Assembly (NCBI GenBank): GCA_965243525.1
Contig: OZ251568.1
Coordinates: 1,632,588-1,696,587, forward strand
Length of the DNA: 64,000 bases
Direction of reading: 5' to 3'
Source of the DNA: Spirochaetia bacterium
GTDB lineage: Bacteria; Spirochaetota; Spirochaetia; WTKD01
The notes under the pieces are model-generated. The model was not told the origin of the DNA, made no database searches, and saw nothing but the letters and a program-made list of their open reading frames with translations. This document shows, in pieces, positions 9,391 through 19,535 of the stretch. Numbering within the stretch: the first letter of the stretch is position 1; each line of letters begins with the position of its first letter. The translations under genes were made by a program, and so were the position numbers.

Positions 9391-10416
9391 ATGAAAAAAC
9401 ATAATTATCTTTCTAAACTATTTTCACAAAACGAAATATATCTCTTTCTGATGTTAATCATTCTCGTAAGCGTCATATCCTTGGTCAACCCTCGATTTTT
9501 CACTGGGCGCAACCTATTACAGGTCTTACGGAGTGCTTCATTTACCGGCATTCTTTCAATAGGATTTCTTTTCGTGTTAATCGCCGGTGGGTTGGATATT
9601 TCTTTTACGGCGACTGCCACGGTTGCACAATACCTGATGGCACTTGTTTTAATAGGAAATCCTGATATGCCCATCCTCTTTGTGATATGCATCCCACTGC
9701 TTGTGGGAACCTGTCTCGGTGCTCTGAACGCATTTTTGATTCACGTATTGAATGCGCCATCAATCATCATTGCGATCGCGAATCTCAATGTGTATTATGG
9801 GCTCTTGCAGATTATCAGTGGGGGCACTTGGATATATGATTTTCCGCAATGGTTTCAGAAGTTTGGAAAGGGTTTTTTGTTTCGCTTTTTCGACGAGAAC
9901 GGCGCTGCTTATGGGATAGCCTATATCACTATTATCTGGGTTGCGGTGGCAATCGCAGCGGTGGGAATTCTTCGCTACATGAAATTGGGAAGAAAGCTCT
10001 ATGCATTGGGGGGAAATTATGAAGCGGCTCGTCGAGCAGGATTGAATATTTTTCGATTGCGTCTGTTTGCCTATTCTTTTCTTGGATTTTCTGCGGGAAT
10101 AGCCGGACTTATCCAGGCGTTGAATACGCAAACCGTTGCCCCGAATGCCTTGATAGGACGTGAATTTGATGTTGTAGCAGCGGTGGTGCTCGGGGGAGCA
10201 AGTATCTTTGGAGGCACCGGCACGGTTATTGGAACCTTTCTTGGAGTGCTGCTCATCACAGTGATCACCAATGCTCTTACAATATTAAAAGTTCCCGCCT
10301 ATTGGCATCAGGTTTTTATTGGGGCGCTCGTACTTAGCAGTATAGGCATAACATCGCTACGTATCATGCGAGCAAAGAAGAAAGAACGGAGTATCGCCAT
10401 TCATGAAGATAATTAA
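9391..10416 (+). CDS. Sugar ABC transporter permease (RbsC/branched-chain type, CUT2).
   Basis: Polytopic membrane protein immediately after the ATPase. ATG at 9391; the track's 9385 is GTG. Confidence 0.85.
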   Translation: MKKHNYLSKLFSQNEIYLFLMLIILVSVISLVNPRFFTGRNLLQVLRSASFTGILSIGFLFVLIAGGLDISFTATATVAQYLMALVLIGNPDMPILFVICIPLLVGTCLGALNAFLIHVLNAPSIIIAIANLNVYYGLLQIISGGTWIYDFPQWFQKFGKGFLFRFFDENGAAYGIAYITIIWVAVAIAAVGILRYMKLGRKLYALGGNYEAARRAGLNIFRLRLFAYSFLGFSAGIAGLIQALNTQTVAPNALIGREFDVVAAVVLGGASIFGGTGTVIGTFLGVLLITVITNALTILKVPAYWHQVFIGALVLSSIGITSLRIMRAKKKERSIAIHEDN

Positions 10417-11419
10417 GCGATTTCAAACTTGGAATGACAAAAACATAGATATTGCGATCCTTCCATGGTTATTCGTCGGGGTATTGTTGCTCATGACCAT
10501 TACAACGCAGGGAAAGTTTTTGCGTATACACAACGTATCCAACATTCTCTTGCAGATGCCAGAATTGGGACTTTTGTCGCTGGCCATGATGCTTGCGATG
10601 ATTTCTGGAGGCATCAACCTATCGATTATCAGTTCGGCGAATCTCACAGCGGTTGTTATGGCTGTTTTTTTGACTCTCCCCGGGATAAAGGCAGGAACGG
10701 TCCCAGCATTTGTCTTCATCGGTGTTGCGCTTCTTTTGGGAATACTCGTATCCATACTCCTTGGTGCCGTGAATGGATATCTCATTGGGTATATAGAAGT
10801 ACCAGCAGTGCTAGCAACGATGGGAACGATGATTCTCTATGAGGGCATCACCCTGGTTATTACGCAGGGATCAGTTATCTCTGACCTTGCTGAACCATTT
10901 TTATTTATTGGAACCGCTCGTTTTTTTGGCATTCCCTTTCCAATGATCATTTTTTGCGTAGTCGTATTATGTGTCTCTGTACTTTTGCAGCGACGTCCTT
11001 ATGGAAGCTATCTCTATTTTATTGGATCCAATGTAATTGCGACGAGATTTTCCGGCATTAATACGCGAAGGGTTCTCCTGCAGACTTACATATTGTCCGG
11101 TCTGCTTTCTGGCGCTGCGGCTATTGTTATGGTATCACGTTTTAACTCTGCGAATGCACGCCAAGGAAGCTCGCTGCTTCTTTCAACGGTATTGATTTGT
11201 ATGTTGGGGGGAGTTGATCCCTTTGGTGGATTTGGAAAGGTGAGTGGACTTATCATGGCCCTGGCCATTTTGCAGATGCTGACCAGTGGATTAAACCTCT
11301 TGGGAATACCTTCGTTTGCGACAGTGGCGATTTGGGGAGCGATGCTCATAGCGGTCATGATATATCGATATATTCAGAACAAGCGATTAGAGGGACGCTT
11401 GTTAGGAACTAACCCATAA
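10403..11419 (+). CDS. Sugar ABC transporter permease (second RbsC-like subunit).
   Basis: Polytopic membrane protein that overlaps the previous permease by 14 nt. Confidence 0.85.
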   Translation: MKIIKRFQTWNDKNIDIAILPWLFVGVLLLMTITTQGKFLRIHNVSNILLQMPELGLLSLAMMLAMISGGINLSIISSANLTAVVMAVFLTLPGIKAGTVPAFVFIGVALLLGILVSILLGAVNGYLIGYIEVPAVLATMGTMILYEGITLVITQGSVISDLAEPFLFIGTARFFGIPFPMIIFCVVVLCVSVLLQRRPYGSYLYFIGSNVIATRFSGINTRRVLLQTYILSGLLSGAAAIVMVSRFNSANARQGSSLLLSTVLICMLGGVDPFGGFGKVSGLIMALAILQMLTSGLNLLGIPSFATVAIWGAMLIAVMIYRYIQNKRLEGRLLGTNP

Positions 11420-11473
11420 ACACAACAAATTGGTATACTTCTGTATGAACTAAATTTTATTGAGGAGGAAGAA

Positions 11474-12319
11474 ATGAATTTTGGAGCACATGCATTTATC
11501 TGGGAAGGAGAGTGGAATAGTGCAAATGGGTTGCGGGTTATCTCTGAGGCATCGCGGCTAGGGTTGGATTTCGTCGAGATTCCGTTGCTGCGGCCAGACG
11601 ATTTTCAGAGCAAGGAGACGAAGCAACAATTAGCAGATCATGGTATCTACGCGACGTATTCGCTGGGGCTGCCGGTGAATAAAAGCCTTCCGGAAAACCC
11701 AAAGGGAGCTGAGGAGTTTCTTATGAGCGCAGTGGACTCCGTCGCTGAAGCCGGTGGAAACACTCTTACTGGAGTATTATACGGCACGCTTGGAGGATTT
11801 GAAGGACGCCCTCCAACGGATGCTGATTATGCAGTGATTGCTAAAACTCTCAACACTGTTGCAGAATATGCAGAATCGGCGGGAATCCGCCTCGGCATTG
11901 AGCCGGTTAACCGGTATGAAACATTTCTTGTGAATACTGCAGAACAGGCTGTGGATCTGCTCAATCGTGTTGATTCAAACAATATTTTCATCCATTTGGA
12001 CACCTATCATCTCAACATAGAAGAGGAATCGTTTAGAAAAGCGATACAAACAGCGGGGGCTCGCATGGAATATATCCATTTGTCTGAAAGCCATCGTGGT
12101 ACTCCCGGTGAGGGAACCGTGAACTGGGATGATGTCTTTGCGGGGTTACGGGATATCTCGTTTCGAGGTGCACTCACGATGGAGTCTTTCGTGAAGCTGA
12201 ATCCTGATATTGCAAAGGCAACGTGCATGTGGCGTAACATCGTTGATGATTCTGAGGCACTTGTGAAAAAAGGGCTTAGTTTCTTAAAACATAAAGCCTT
12301 AGAATATGGCTTGAAATAA
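11474..12319 (+). CDS. Sugar phosphate isomerase/epimerase, xylose-isomerase-like TIM barrel (ketose 3-epimerase-like).
   Basis: GAGGAGG RBS. The pattern MNFGAHAFIWEGEW...IEP...HLDTYH...E is typical of tagatose/psicose 3-epimerase-like enzymes. Confidence 0.7.
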   Translation: MNFGAHAFIWEGEWNSANGLRVISEASRLGLDFVEIPLLRPDDFQSKETKQQLADHGIYATYSLGLPVNKSLPENPKGAEEFLMSAVDSVAEAGGNTLTGVLYGTLGGFEGRPPTDADYAVIAKTLNTVAEYAESAGIRLGIEPVNRYETFLVNTAEQAVDLLNRVDSNNIFIHLDTYHLNIEEESFRKAIQTAGARMEYIHLSESHRGTPGEGTVNWDDVFAGLRDISFRGALTMESFVKLNPDIAKATCMWRNIVDDSEALVKKGLSFLKHKALEYGLK

Positions 12320-12341
12320 TTTCTTGATCAACGAGAAAAAA

Positions 12342-13727
12342 CTATGCCTCTTTGTATTGTATAAGTTGCTGTTGTAGGTGAGGCAAAATCGGAATATTTT
12401 TTTCTAAACCAGCAAGTGCGAGTATTGCTGCACCGCGGGCGGCTGATTCTGTTTCAAGGGGCATGCGGAGTGGGCGTTGTATGCGTTCAGCGAGCGTTGT
12501 TCTGAGTGATGCATTCTTTGTGAAGGCGTTCCCCGAAATAGCAGCATAGCTTTGTGGTGCATCAAGCATGTGGATGTGATCACCGATCATAGCAAGTAAT
12601 TCTTCAATGACACCAGAAGACATTCCCCAGAAAATATCAGAAAGGGTGAAATTGTTGAGTGTTATATTTGATATAGACCCTGTCTGGTGTGGATTTTTTC
12701 TTGTGCCGTTGAAAAGAGTGGATATCACCAGAGGAATATCCGAAGAAGGTCGTTTGAGCTCGTTGAGGATGCCATATGCATCCTTGGAGGGACAAGCGGC
12801 CTTTTCAAGGGTCTCAGAAATAAGATGCGTGAGAAGCTCAAAGGATTTGCCGCCACTGAGACTAGCTCCGACAAGAAGCATACGATTATTTGGAAAGGGA
12901 CGTATCTCTAGGGGTGAATCTTTGAAACTATCTGATGATGCTGTGGATGGGGCGAGGAAGGATACCTGTCCGCTGGTTCCAATATTGACAGATATTGCAT
13001 GATTAGGATCGCGCACACTGGCGATGAAACTCATTTGATTGTCGCCCTCAGGGAGAAAGACAGGAATTCCCGTTGAGGTTTTTCCTATGCAATGCCCACA
13101 AGATGTGATGATCGGTAACGCTATCTTGGATTTTTTCGCAATCTCCCAAGGAGCCAAAAAAATACAGCGATCACTATCAAAGAAACCAAAACTATGAGCG
13201 AGGCTTGCACTGATGGAGTGAGATTTCTGTTCGATGATATGTCCAGCGATGTAATCAGGAAGGCTAGTCAGAAATCTTGCCTTCTGAGGAATTGCGGCCT
13301 GCCGCTGCAAGACATAGAAGCTTCCGAATGCATACCCAGCGGGAACGGTGGCCTTGAATTCATCGTGCATGAGGGCTCCATAGGTCTTTGCACTATGTTC
13401 ATCATGCCAGGACAACCGATTATCCATCCAAGTGTATACGGGAGAAACAGGATCGCCTGCATCATCCAAAAGAAGCATGCTGTGCATCTGTCCGGTAATC
13501 CCGATAGCGATTGGATCTGTACAGATTTTGCATGCATTTGCCAATTCTTGTTCTAGACAGCGGATTAATTTTTTGGGATCTTGTAGAAAGGCTCCTGCTT
13601 GATCGGGGGGTAGATCTGCTTGATGTCTGCGGGATGAAACAAAGATATTTTTTCCGCTATCTCCATCAACTGCCACAACTGAGATTGATGTGGTGCCGAC
13701 ATCTATTCCTATTACTACCCTTTGCAT
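12342..13727 (-). CDS. FGGY-family carbohydrate kinase (xylulokinase / sugar kinase-like).
   Basis: N-terminal VVIGIDVGTTSISVV and the two-domain FGGY layout. It is convergent with the epimerase gene. Confidence 0.75.
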   Translation of the reverse strand: MQRVVIGIDVGTTSISVVAVDGDSGKNIFVSSRRHQADLPPDQAGAFLQDPKKLIRCLEQELANACKICTDPIAIGITGQMHSMLLLDDAGDPVSPVYTWMDNRLSWHDEHSAKTYGALMHDEFKATVPAGYAFGSFYVLQRQAAIPQKARFLTSLPDYIAGHIIEQKSHSISASLAHSFGFFDSDRCIFLAPWEIAKKSKIALPIITSCGHCIGKTSTGIPVFLPEGDNQMSFIASVRDPNHAISVNIGTSGQVSFLAPSTASSDSFKDSPLEIRPFPNNRMLLVGASLSGGKSFELLTHLISETLEKAACPSKDAYGILNELKRPSSDIPLVISTLFNGTRKNPHQTGSISNITLNNFTLSDIFWGMSSGVIEELLAMIGDHIHMLDAPQSYAAISGNAFTKNASLRTTLAERIQRPLRMPLETESAARGAAILALAGLEKNIPILPHLQQQLIQYKEA

Positions 13728-13866
13728 AACACTATATTCTATATCAATTCTTTATTGCATCAGAGCATCGAATTGTCAAGAGTGAACGTACTGAAATGCT
13801 TTAACCGCGAACCTAACTCTCCGAAAAAGCTGTTTACGTGAATAGGTGAGGCAACCATGGTTTGTT

Positions 13867-15840
13867 CTATGTTTTCTTCGGAGGTTTTTTTCGACCACGG
13901 AATGCTGTTCGTTGTGGTTTTTTCTTTTTAGCCGATGAGCGTGGACCGGTGGTGATCGATTTTACAGTTTTTCTTTTCTTTGCATAAAGTTCTGGATCAA
14001 TAAGTTTCACCAAAGCATCGGTGAGCACTCCAACAGTGCGGGCAAATGTTCGAGAGGTCGTAACGATTTCGGAGGCCATGATCCATTCAGGGTGTTTGTG
14101 TTTCAAAAGGCAACCAGGATGTATTGCAATATCGGTGACAACCTTGTTCATATAGCTCCGATTATTTCGAAAAGAGAGGGTGCTTGATAGACCAGCACTC
14201 AGGCAGAGCATTATCTCATCGTATTTTGATGGTGTATCACTGATGAAGATGCCAAGATCTTCGGTAATTTCAATTAGTTGAGTGCGAATGTTCACTATTT
14301 CATGGAGTACTTGATTATCAAAAAAATGAGTATCGCAAAATTCTTTTTTATTCTGACTCGCCGTATAGGTAGTATAGAGGTGTAATAATGCGTGAAAATC
14401 TCCATATCCATGGGCAAACCGCGCGTGTGCTGCACGTGATTTTGCTTCTTCTCCAAAGGGCAGAAGGAATGGCGTTGAGGTGGTCAGAAACGCAACAATG
14501 GTGAGTGCATCGAGCAATGCCTCAGGATATCGATTGATCGCTTCCACAATGATGCGAGAATGTCGAGGAGCGAGCGGATAGTGGAGCATCGTCTTTCCAA
14601 TAGGAGTCAAGGCATGTTGTTTTGTCAGCGCCTTGAGTTCAATCAGGTTTCCAATAGCACCGCTAAGGTCGGTTCGTTTTGGAGGCAAAAGAAATTCAAA
14701 CCGCTCAAAATCTTCAATGCCAAGATCTGCCATACGAAGCACGACCTCAGCAAGATCGGTACGCATTATCTCTTCCAGAGGATACATTGGACGCCGCAAC
14801 AGGTCCTTTTCAGGATATAGGAACAAGCATGTCCCAGGTGCAGTTCTTCCTGCGCGTCCTTTGCGCTGCATCGCTGAGGAACGTGATATGCGCGTCAATT
14901 CAAGTGCAGACGTACGTTTCACCGGATTGTACGAGTTTATCTTTGCTAGTCCAGAATCGATCACTGCTGTAATGCCATCAATCGTTATGCTTGTTTCTGC
15001 AATATTAGTTGCAATAACGATTTTCTTGTATCCCTTTGGGGTCGCTTCGAGAGTCAGTTCCTGCAGTTCTGAGCTAATTCGTGCATAGAGCACGCGTATG
15101 ATGACTTTCTTTCGCCATGGCTGTGCGAGAATGCCGGCCTGACAGCGTTTTATCATTTCTTCGCCTGGGAGAAAAATCAGAACATCTTTGTGGTGAGGAT
15201 CATCTATAAAGGCTTTTGTTCTTTCGACAATGACATCAATCAAATCTTCTTTTTGAGGCATCGTATCGAGAAAAACATTCTCTACGTTATATGATCTTGC
15301 TGGAATTGAAATAATCGGACAGCGATTAAAATATTTTGAGAAAGCTCGCGCATTTATTGTCGCCGATGATATGATCACCTTGAGATCCTTGCGCTGGCGC
15401 AATGCTCGCTTTAAAAGGCCAAGGATGAAATCGATGGTGAGACTTCGCTCATGGGCCTCATCGATGATGATTGTTTTGTATTGCGAGAGCATGGGATCAC
15501 CCTTTATTTCTTGCAAGAGGGTTCCATCAGTCATCACTTTGATATGGGTGGCAGAGGTCGTTGCATCTTCAAAACGCATTTTATACCCAACGAGGCTTCG
15601 TTCGCGTTTTGCGACGCTTTGTTTGATATAGTGAAAAACACTCAGCACCGCAATGCGGCGCGGTTGGGTAATTCCAAGGATGCCTTGTCTGGTGTATCCA
15701 GCCTTGTATAGAATAATCGGTAGCTGCGTTGTCTTCCCCGATCCTGTTGGGCTCTCGACTACGATTACTTGATTCTTCTTTAAAGCTGTAATGATTTTCT
15801 TTCGCTGTGCGTATACTGGAAGTTTAGATTGCTGAAGCAT
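13867..15840 (-). CDS. ATP-dependent DEAH-box RNA helicase, HrpA/HrpB-like, with a Lys/Arg-rich C-terminal tail.
   Basis: ESPTGSGKTTQ Walker A, IIIDEAHERS DEAH box, HA2-like C-terminal region, tail KKRKTV...KKKKPQRTAFRGRKKPPKKT. The track start at 15903 is TTG; I chose the internal ATG (MLQQSK), which still overlaps the hisS 3' end. Confidence 0.75.
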   Translation of the reverse strand: MLQQSKLPVYAQRKKIITALKKNQVIVVESPTGSGKTTQLPIILYKAGYTRQGILGITQPRRIAVLSVFHYIKQSVAKRERSLVGYKMRFEDATTSATHIKVMTDGTLLQEIKGDPMLSQYKTIIIDEAHERSLTIDFILGLLKRALRQRKDLKVIISSATINARAFSKYFNRCPIISIPARSYNVENVFLDTMPQKEDLIDVIVERTKAFIDDPHHKDVLIFLPGEEMIKRCQAGILAQPWRKKVIIRVLYARISSELQELTLEATPKGYKKIVIATNIAETSITIDGITAVIDSGLAKINSYNPVKRTSALELTRISRSSAMQRKGRAGRTAPGTCLFLYPEKDLLRRPMYPLEEIMRTDLAEVVLRMADLGIEDFERFEFLLPPKRTDLSGAIGNLIELKALTKQHALTPIGKTMLHYPLAPRHSRIIVEAINRYPEALLDALTIVAFLTTSTPFLLPFGEEAKSRAAHARFAHGYGDFHALLHLYTTYTASQNKKEFCDTHFFDNQVLHEIVNIRTQLIEITEDLGIFISDTPSKYDEIMLCLSAGLSSTLSFRNNRSYMNKVVTDIAIHPGCLLKHKHPEWIMASEIVTTSRTFARTVGVLTDALVKLIDPELYAKKRKTVKSITTGPRSSAKKKKPQRTAFRGRKKPPKKT

Positions 15841-17110
15841 GTTGTTCGATGAATTGTATGAGTCTTGATGGTTGATCTGTGGTGATGCTGGCGGATGAGT
15901 CAATATGTTTTATGGAAATGCTCTGTTCATCTGCTATGCGTATTACAAATGGAATAGTTGCCTTTTCTGCATAGGCAAACTGTTTTTTTATAGGCTTTCT
16001 ATCAGGAAATAGTTCCGAAGCGATGGTATTCGTTCGAAGTTCTTGTAAGAGTGAGTGATAGAACGACAGGTGTGAATCATGTTCATTGCAAATAAGTACG
16101 CGCCGTAGCAACCGAGGTGAATGAATTTTTGACTGCTCTGTCAGCCCGGCGATGAGCCGGTCGAGCCCTATGGATGCGCCGATTCCCGAAATAGCTTGTT
16201 TGGAATAAAGGGATGTGAGGTTGTCGTATCGCCCACCCGAACAAACCGATCCAATATGGGGAAGATCATCTAAAAATGTTTCAAACACAATGCCGGTATA
16301 GTAATCGAGTCCTCGAGTGATGCTTGGATCAAAGACAAGATGTGTGTTCAATCTGCTTTCTGCACTTAGATCCAAGATAGCTTTAATTTGATCATACTGC
16401 TCTGCAGCGAGAATGCCATGAAACTGATCCAATCGATCTGCATTTGCTCCTTCTGCGATGAGCAAGGAGAGCATCTGTTCGATCTGCGGAGTCTCCAAAT
16501 ATGAGGCGAGCTGATGTCTGCAGGCATCCATGCCAATCTTAGTACGCTTGTCTATAACACGCATTATCTCAGCAATGTTTTCTGTTACATGCAGATGCCC
16601 TAGCAAGGAAGGGAGCACAGCTCGATGTGAAAAATGAATGTGTATGTTTTCTACACCAAGTTGTTCGAATATGGCCCAAATTGAATGCAGAATTTCCCAA
16701 TCGCCAAGGAGTGAAGGTTCTGCGATCAAATCCCAATCGCATTGATAAAACTCGCGATAGCGTCCCTTCTGTGGGTTTTCACCACGAAACACCTTTCCCA
16801 CATGAAAGCGCCGAAAGGGAAACGCCAACTCGTGCATATGTTGTGCAACAAATCGTGCGAGCGGAACAGTGAGATCATAGCGCAATGATAGGTTACGTCC
16901 TCCCGGATCTACAAAAGAGTAGACTTGTTTATCAGTTTCGCCGCCACTTTTTCCAAGTAGTATTTCAGAATATTCAAGCGTCGGCGTATCGATGGGCAGA
17001 TATCCCATAAGAAAACAGGTGTGGCGAATAGTATCAATCATTGATTGTCGATGAAATTCGTCCAGAGGCAGACTGTCACGAAAGCCTTTTGGAATGCGCG
17101 CGGATATCAT
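15824..17110 (-). CDS. hisS: Histidine--tRNA ligase.
   Basis: Class II aaRS motifs and HisRS-like sequence (RIPKGFRD, LRYDLTVPLARF, GGRYD). Confidence 0.9.
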   Translation of the reverse strand: MISARIPKGFRDSLPLDEFHRQSMIDTIRHTCFLMGYLPIDTPTLEYSEILLGKSGGETDKQVYSFVDPGGRNLSLRYDLTVPLARFVAQHMHELAFPFRRFHVGKVFRGENPQKGRYREFYQCDWDLIAEPSLLGDWEILHSIWAIFEQLGVENIHIHFSHRAVLPSLLGHLHVTENIAEIMRVIDKRTKIGMDACRHQLASYLETPQIEQMLSLLIAEGANADRLDQFHGILAAEQYDQIKAILDLSAESRLNTHLVFDPSITRGLDYYTGIVFETFLDDLPHIGSVCSGGRYDNLTSLYSKQAISGIGASIGLDRLIAGLTEQSKIHSPRLLRRVLICNEHDSHLSFYHSLLQELRTNTIASELFPDRKPIKKQFAYAEKATIPFVIRIADEQSISIKHIDSSASITTDQPSRLIQFIEQHASAI

Positions 17111-17297
17111 GCTGTTATCCTAGCACTTCAGAACGTATTGATATAGAGACCCTATATGGTTGATCTAGGCTTGTTTGTTTTCTGTTTCACAGTGATTGTC
17201 TTAGGTAGACAGGAGGCCCCTATATGTACGTATATGCAAAGGTTTACAGAATTTACGCAGAGGATTAGCATAGAATATACAAATTATTGGAGGGAAT

Positions 17298-18497
17298 ATG
17301 AAAAAAATATTTATTATTTTGTGTATTGCTCTTGTTCTTCCTGTTTTTGCAGGAGGCGATGCAGAAGAGTCTAGCTCTATTACTCTTTGGACAAATGAAG
17401 GCGAATCTGAGGGGACACTTGATTGGATAAACGATCTTGCAACCCGATTTGAAACCTCCTCGGGAATAGCGGTTGAAGTTGTGTCAAAAGACACAGAGGC
17501 ATTACGTGAAGATTTTATCAGCGCAAGCATCGCAGGTGCTTCACCTGACGTTTTGTGGACAGTAAACGATCACGCAGGGCCATTTAAGACAGCGGGCCTT
17601 CTCGACACAGTTGATGACATCTATGATGCTACTGACTTTGTGGAATCAGTGACCTTTGACGGTGAAGTTTATGCGGTCCCAATTTCTACGGGAAACCATC
17701 TCATGTTGCTATACAACAAAAAATTAGTTGCCTCTGCTCCTGAAGATAGCGATGCATTCGTAAAAGTTGCGTCAGCGATTACCGGCGGTGATACGTATGG
17801 ACTGGTGTACAATCAAATCGAGCCATTTTGGCTGGTCCCTTGGCTTGGCGGTTTCGATGGTCGCGTATTTGCCGAAGATGGGGTAACACCTACGCTCAAT
17901 ACAGCTGCAATGGTTGATACTCTGCAATTTCTGCTTGACCTTAAAACTAGGCATGGAGTTGTTCCAGAAGAATCTGATTATGGCACTGCAGACACCTTGT
18001 TCAAAGAAGGCAAGGCTGCTTTTATCATCAATGGTGACTGGTCTCTCAGTGACTATTTAGGCGTTCTTGGTGATGATCTCGGCATCGCACCATTGCCGCG
18101 TGTTTCAAAAACCAATCAGTATCCGGCACCATATACCAGTGGAAAATATTTCATGATTAGTGTTGGTCTTGATGAAGGCAAGAGAGAAGCGATAAAGCAG
18201 TTTATTCAGTTTGTTGTTTCTGAAGAAGTTCAAATTGAAATGCTCAACAGTTTGAAGCGATTACCTTCGCGGCTATCGGTCTTAAATTCACCGGTTGTGG
18301 CAGATGATCCAGTACTCGCTAGTTCGGCAGCACAGGTTGCAGTTGGAACACCGATGCCCTCAGTTATTGAGATGCGGGCAATTTGGGATGCAATGAAGCC
18401 AGAAATGAATGCAGTTCTCTTTGCAGGAAAATCTCCTCGAGAGGCAGCACAGGCCATGCAAGAAGCAGCTGAAGCGGGCATTCAAAATCTGCAATAA
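17298..18497 (+). CDS. Sugar ABC transporter substrate-binding protein (CUT1 / MalE-like family 1 SBP).
   Basis: Signal peptide, and size and sequence typical of family-1 extracellular solute-binding proteins. Followed by MalF/MalG-like permeases. Confidence 0.8.
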   Translation: MKKIFIILCIALVLPVFAGGDAEESSSITLWTNEGESEGTLDWINDLATRFETSSGIAVEVVSKDTEALREDFISASIAGASPDVLWTVNDHAGPFKTAGLLDTVDDIYDATDFVESVTFDGEVYAVPISTGNHLMLLYNKKLVASAPEDSDAFVKVASAITGGDTYGLVYNQIEPFWLVPWLGGFDGRVFAEDGVTPTLNTAAMVDTLQFLLDLKTRHGVVPEESDYGTADTLFKEGKAAFIINGDWSLSDYLGVLGDDLGIAPLPRVSKTNQYPAPYTSGKYFMISVGLDEGKREAIKQFIQFVVSEEVQIEMLNSLKRLPSRLSVLNSPVVADDPVLASSAAQVAVGTPMPSVIEMRAIWDAMKPEMNAVLFAGKSPREAAQAMQEAAEAGIQNLQ

Positions 18498-18502
18498 CAT
18501 GC

Positions 18503-19534
18503 ATGCTAAGTAGTCTATTTTCAATAAGCACCACAGTATTTCTTGTGGTGCTTTTTATTGTTGTCGTAGAAGTAATCCTCTATCTGATCTTACACAGGGG
18601 ACTGCACTTAAAAACCGCCTTTCCCTATATACTTATTTCTCCTGCTGTTATTGGCATTTCACTACTCATTCTCTATCCAATCACCTATAATTTTATCCTT
18701 GCCTTCAGTAATATGAGTATCTCAAAGTTGACTGTTGAAAGAGGACTTGTCTTTGGCTTTGAACATTTTTTTTCCAATATCGCTCGTATCTTCACAGCAC
18801 CTGTTCTAAAACAGCAATATTTTTTCTCCATTCTGCTTAGAACGATGTTGTGGACAGCCATACAAGTGACCTTTCATGTGACTTGTGGCTATTGTATAGC
18901 AGTATTACTCAATCGTCCTATGCGTATGCGGGGAGTCTATCGAGCATTACTTCTCTTCCCTTGGGCGATTCCACAGGTCATTGCGGTGCTTTCTTTTCGT
19001 GGAGAGTTCAACTATGAATACGGATACATCAATACCGTTTTAGGATATTTTAATATTGAAAAAATCCGATGGCTCACCGATGGACTTTGGAATTTTATCG
19101 CGATTAATATCACCAATATCTGGTTAGGAGTTCCCTTTATGGCGATTATTCTTCTTGGTGGTTTGCAATCAATCGATCAGACATATTATGATGCTGCTGA
19201 AATTGATGGTGCATCAAAGCCTCAACGATTTTCTAACATCACATTACCGCTTCTAAAACCAGTTATGATTCCAGCAATTATCTTGGGCATTGTGTGGACT
19301 TTTAACAATTTTAATGTGCCCTTTCTCTTGAATCAAAACGAACTTGAAACGTCGGATATACTCGTAACGGCCTTGTTTCGTGCTGCATTTCTTGAGTTTC
19401 GCTTTGGGTTCGCAGCAGCACTTGCCTTGATAGTATTTTTCATACTTTTGGGGTTGAGCTTGGTCATGCTTGCAGTGACGAAACCCGACATACAATTTCA
19501 ATCGAAACGTAAACGATTAAAGGAAGGTGAATAG
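18503..19534 (+). CDS. Sugar ABC transporter permease (MalF-like, CUT1).
   Basis: Polytopic membrane protein with an EAA-like loop (IDGAS....ITLPLLKP). Confidence 0.85.
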   Translation: MLSSLFSISTTVFLVVLFIVVVEVILYLILHRGLHLKTAFPYILISPAVIGISLLILYPITYNFILAFSNMSISKLTVERGLVFGFEHFFSNIARIFTAPVLKQQYFFSILLRTMLWTAIQVTFHVTCGYCIAVLLNRPMRMRGVYRALLLFPWAIPQVIAVLSFRGEFNYEYGYINTVLGYFNIEKIRWLTDGLWNFIAINITNIWLGVPFMAIILLGGLQSIDQTYYDAAEIDGASKPQRFSNITLPLLKPVMIPAIILGIVWTFNNFNVPFLLNQNELETSDILVTALFRAAFLEFRFGFAAALALIVFFILLGLSLVMLAVTKPDIQFQSKRKRLKEGE

Positions 19535-19535
19535 T

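Noticed and set aside
14633-15088. Plus-strand ORFs of 86 to 151 aa within the helicase gene (Arg/Ser-rich).
   Set aside because: They are antisense to a conserved DEAH helicase. Their biased composition mirrors the opposite-strand codons.
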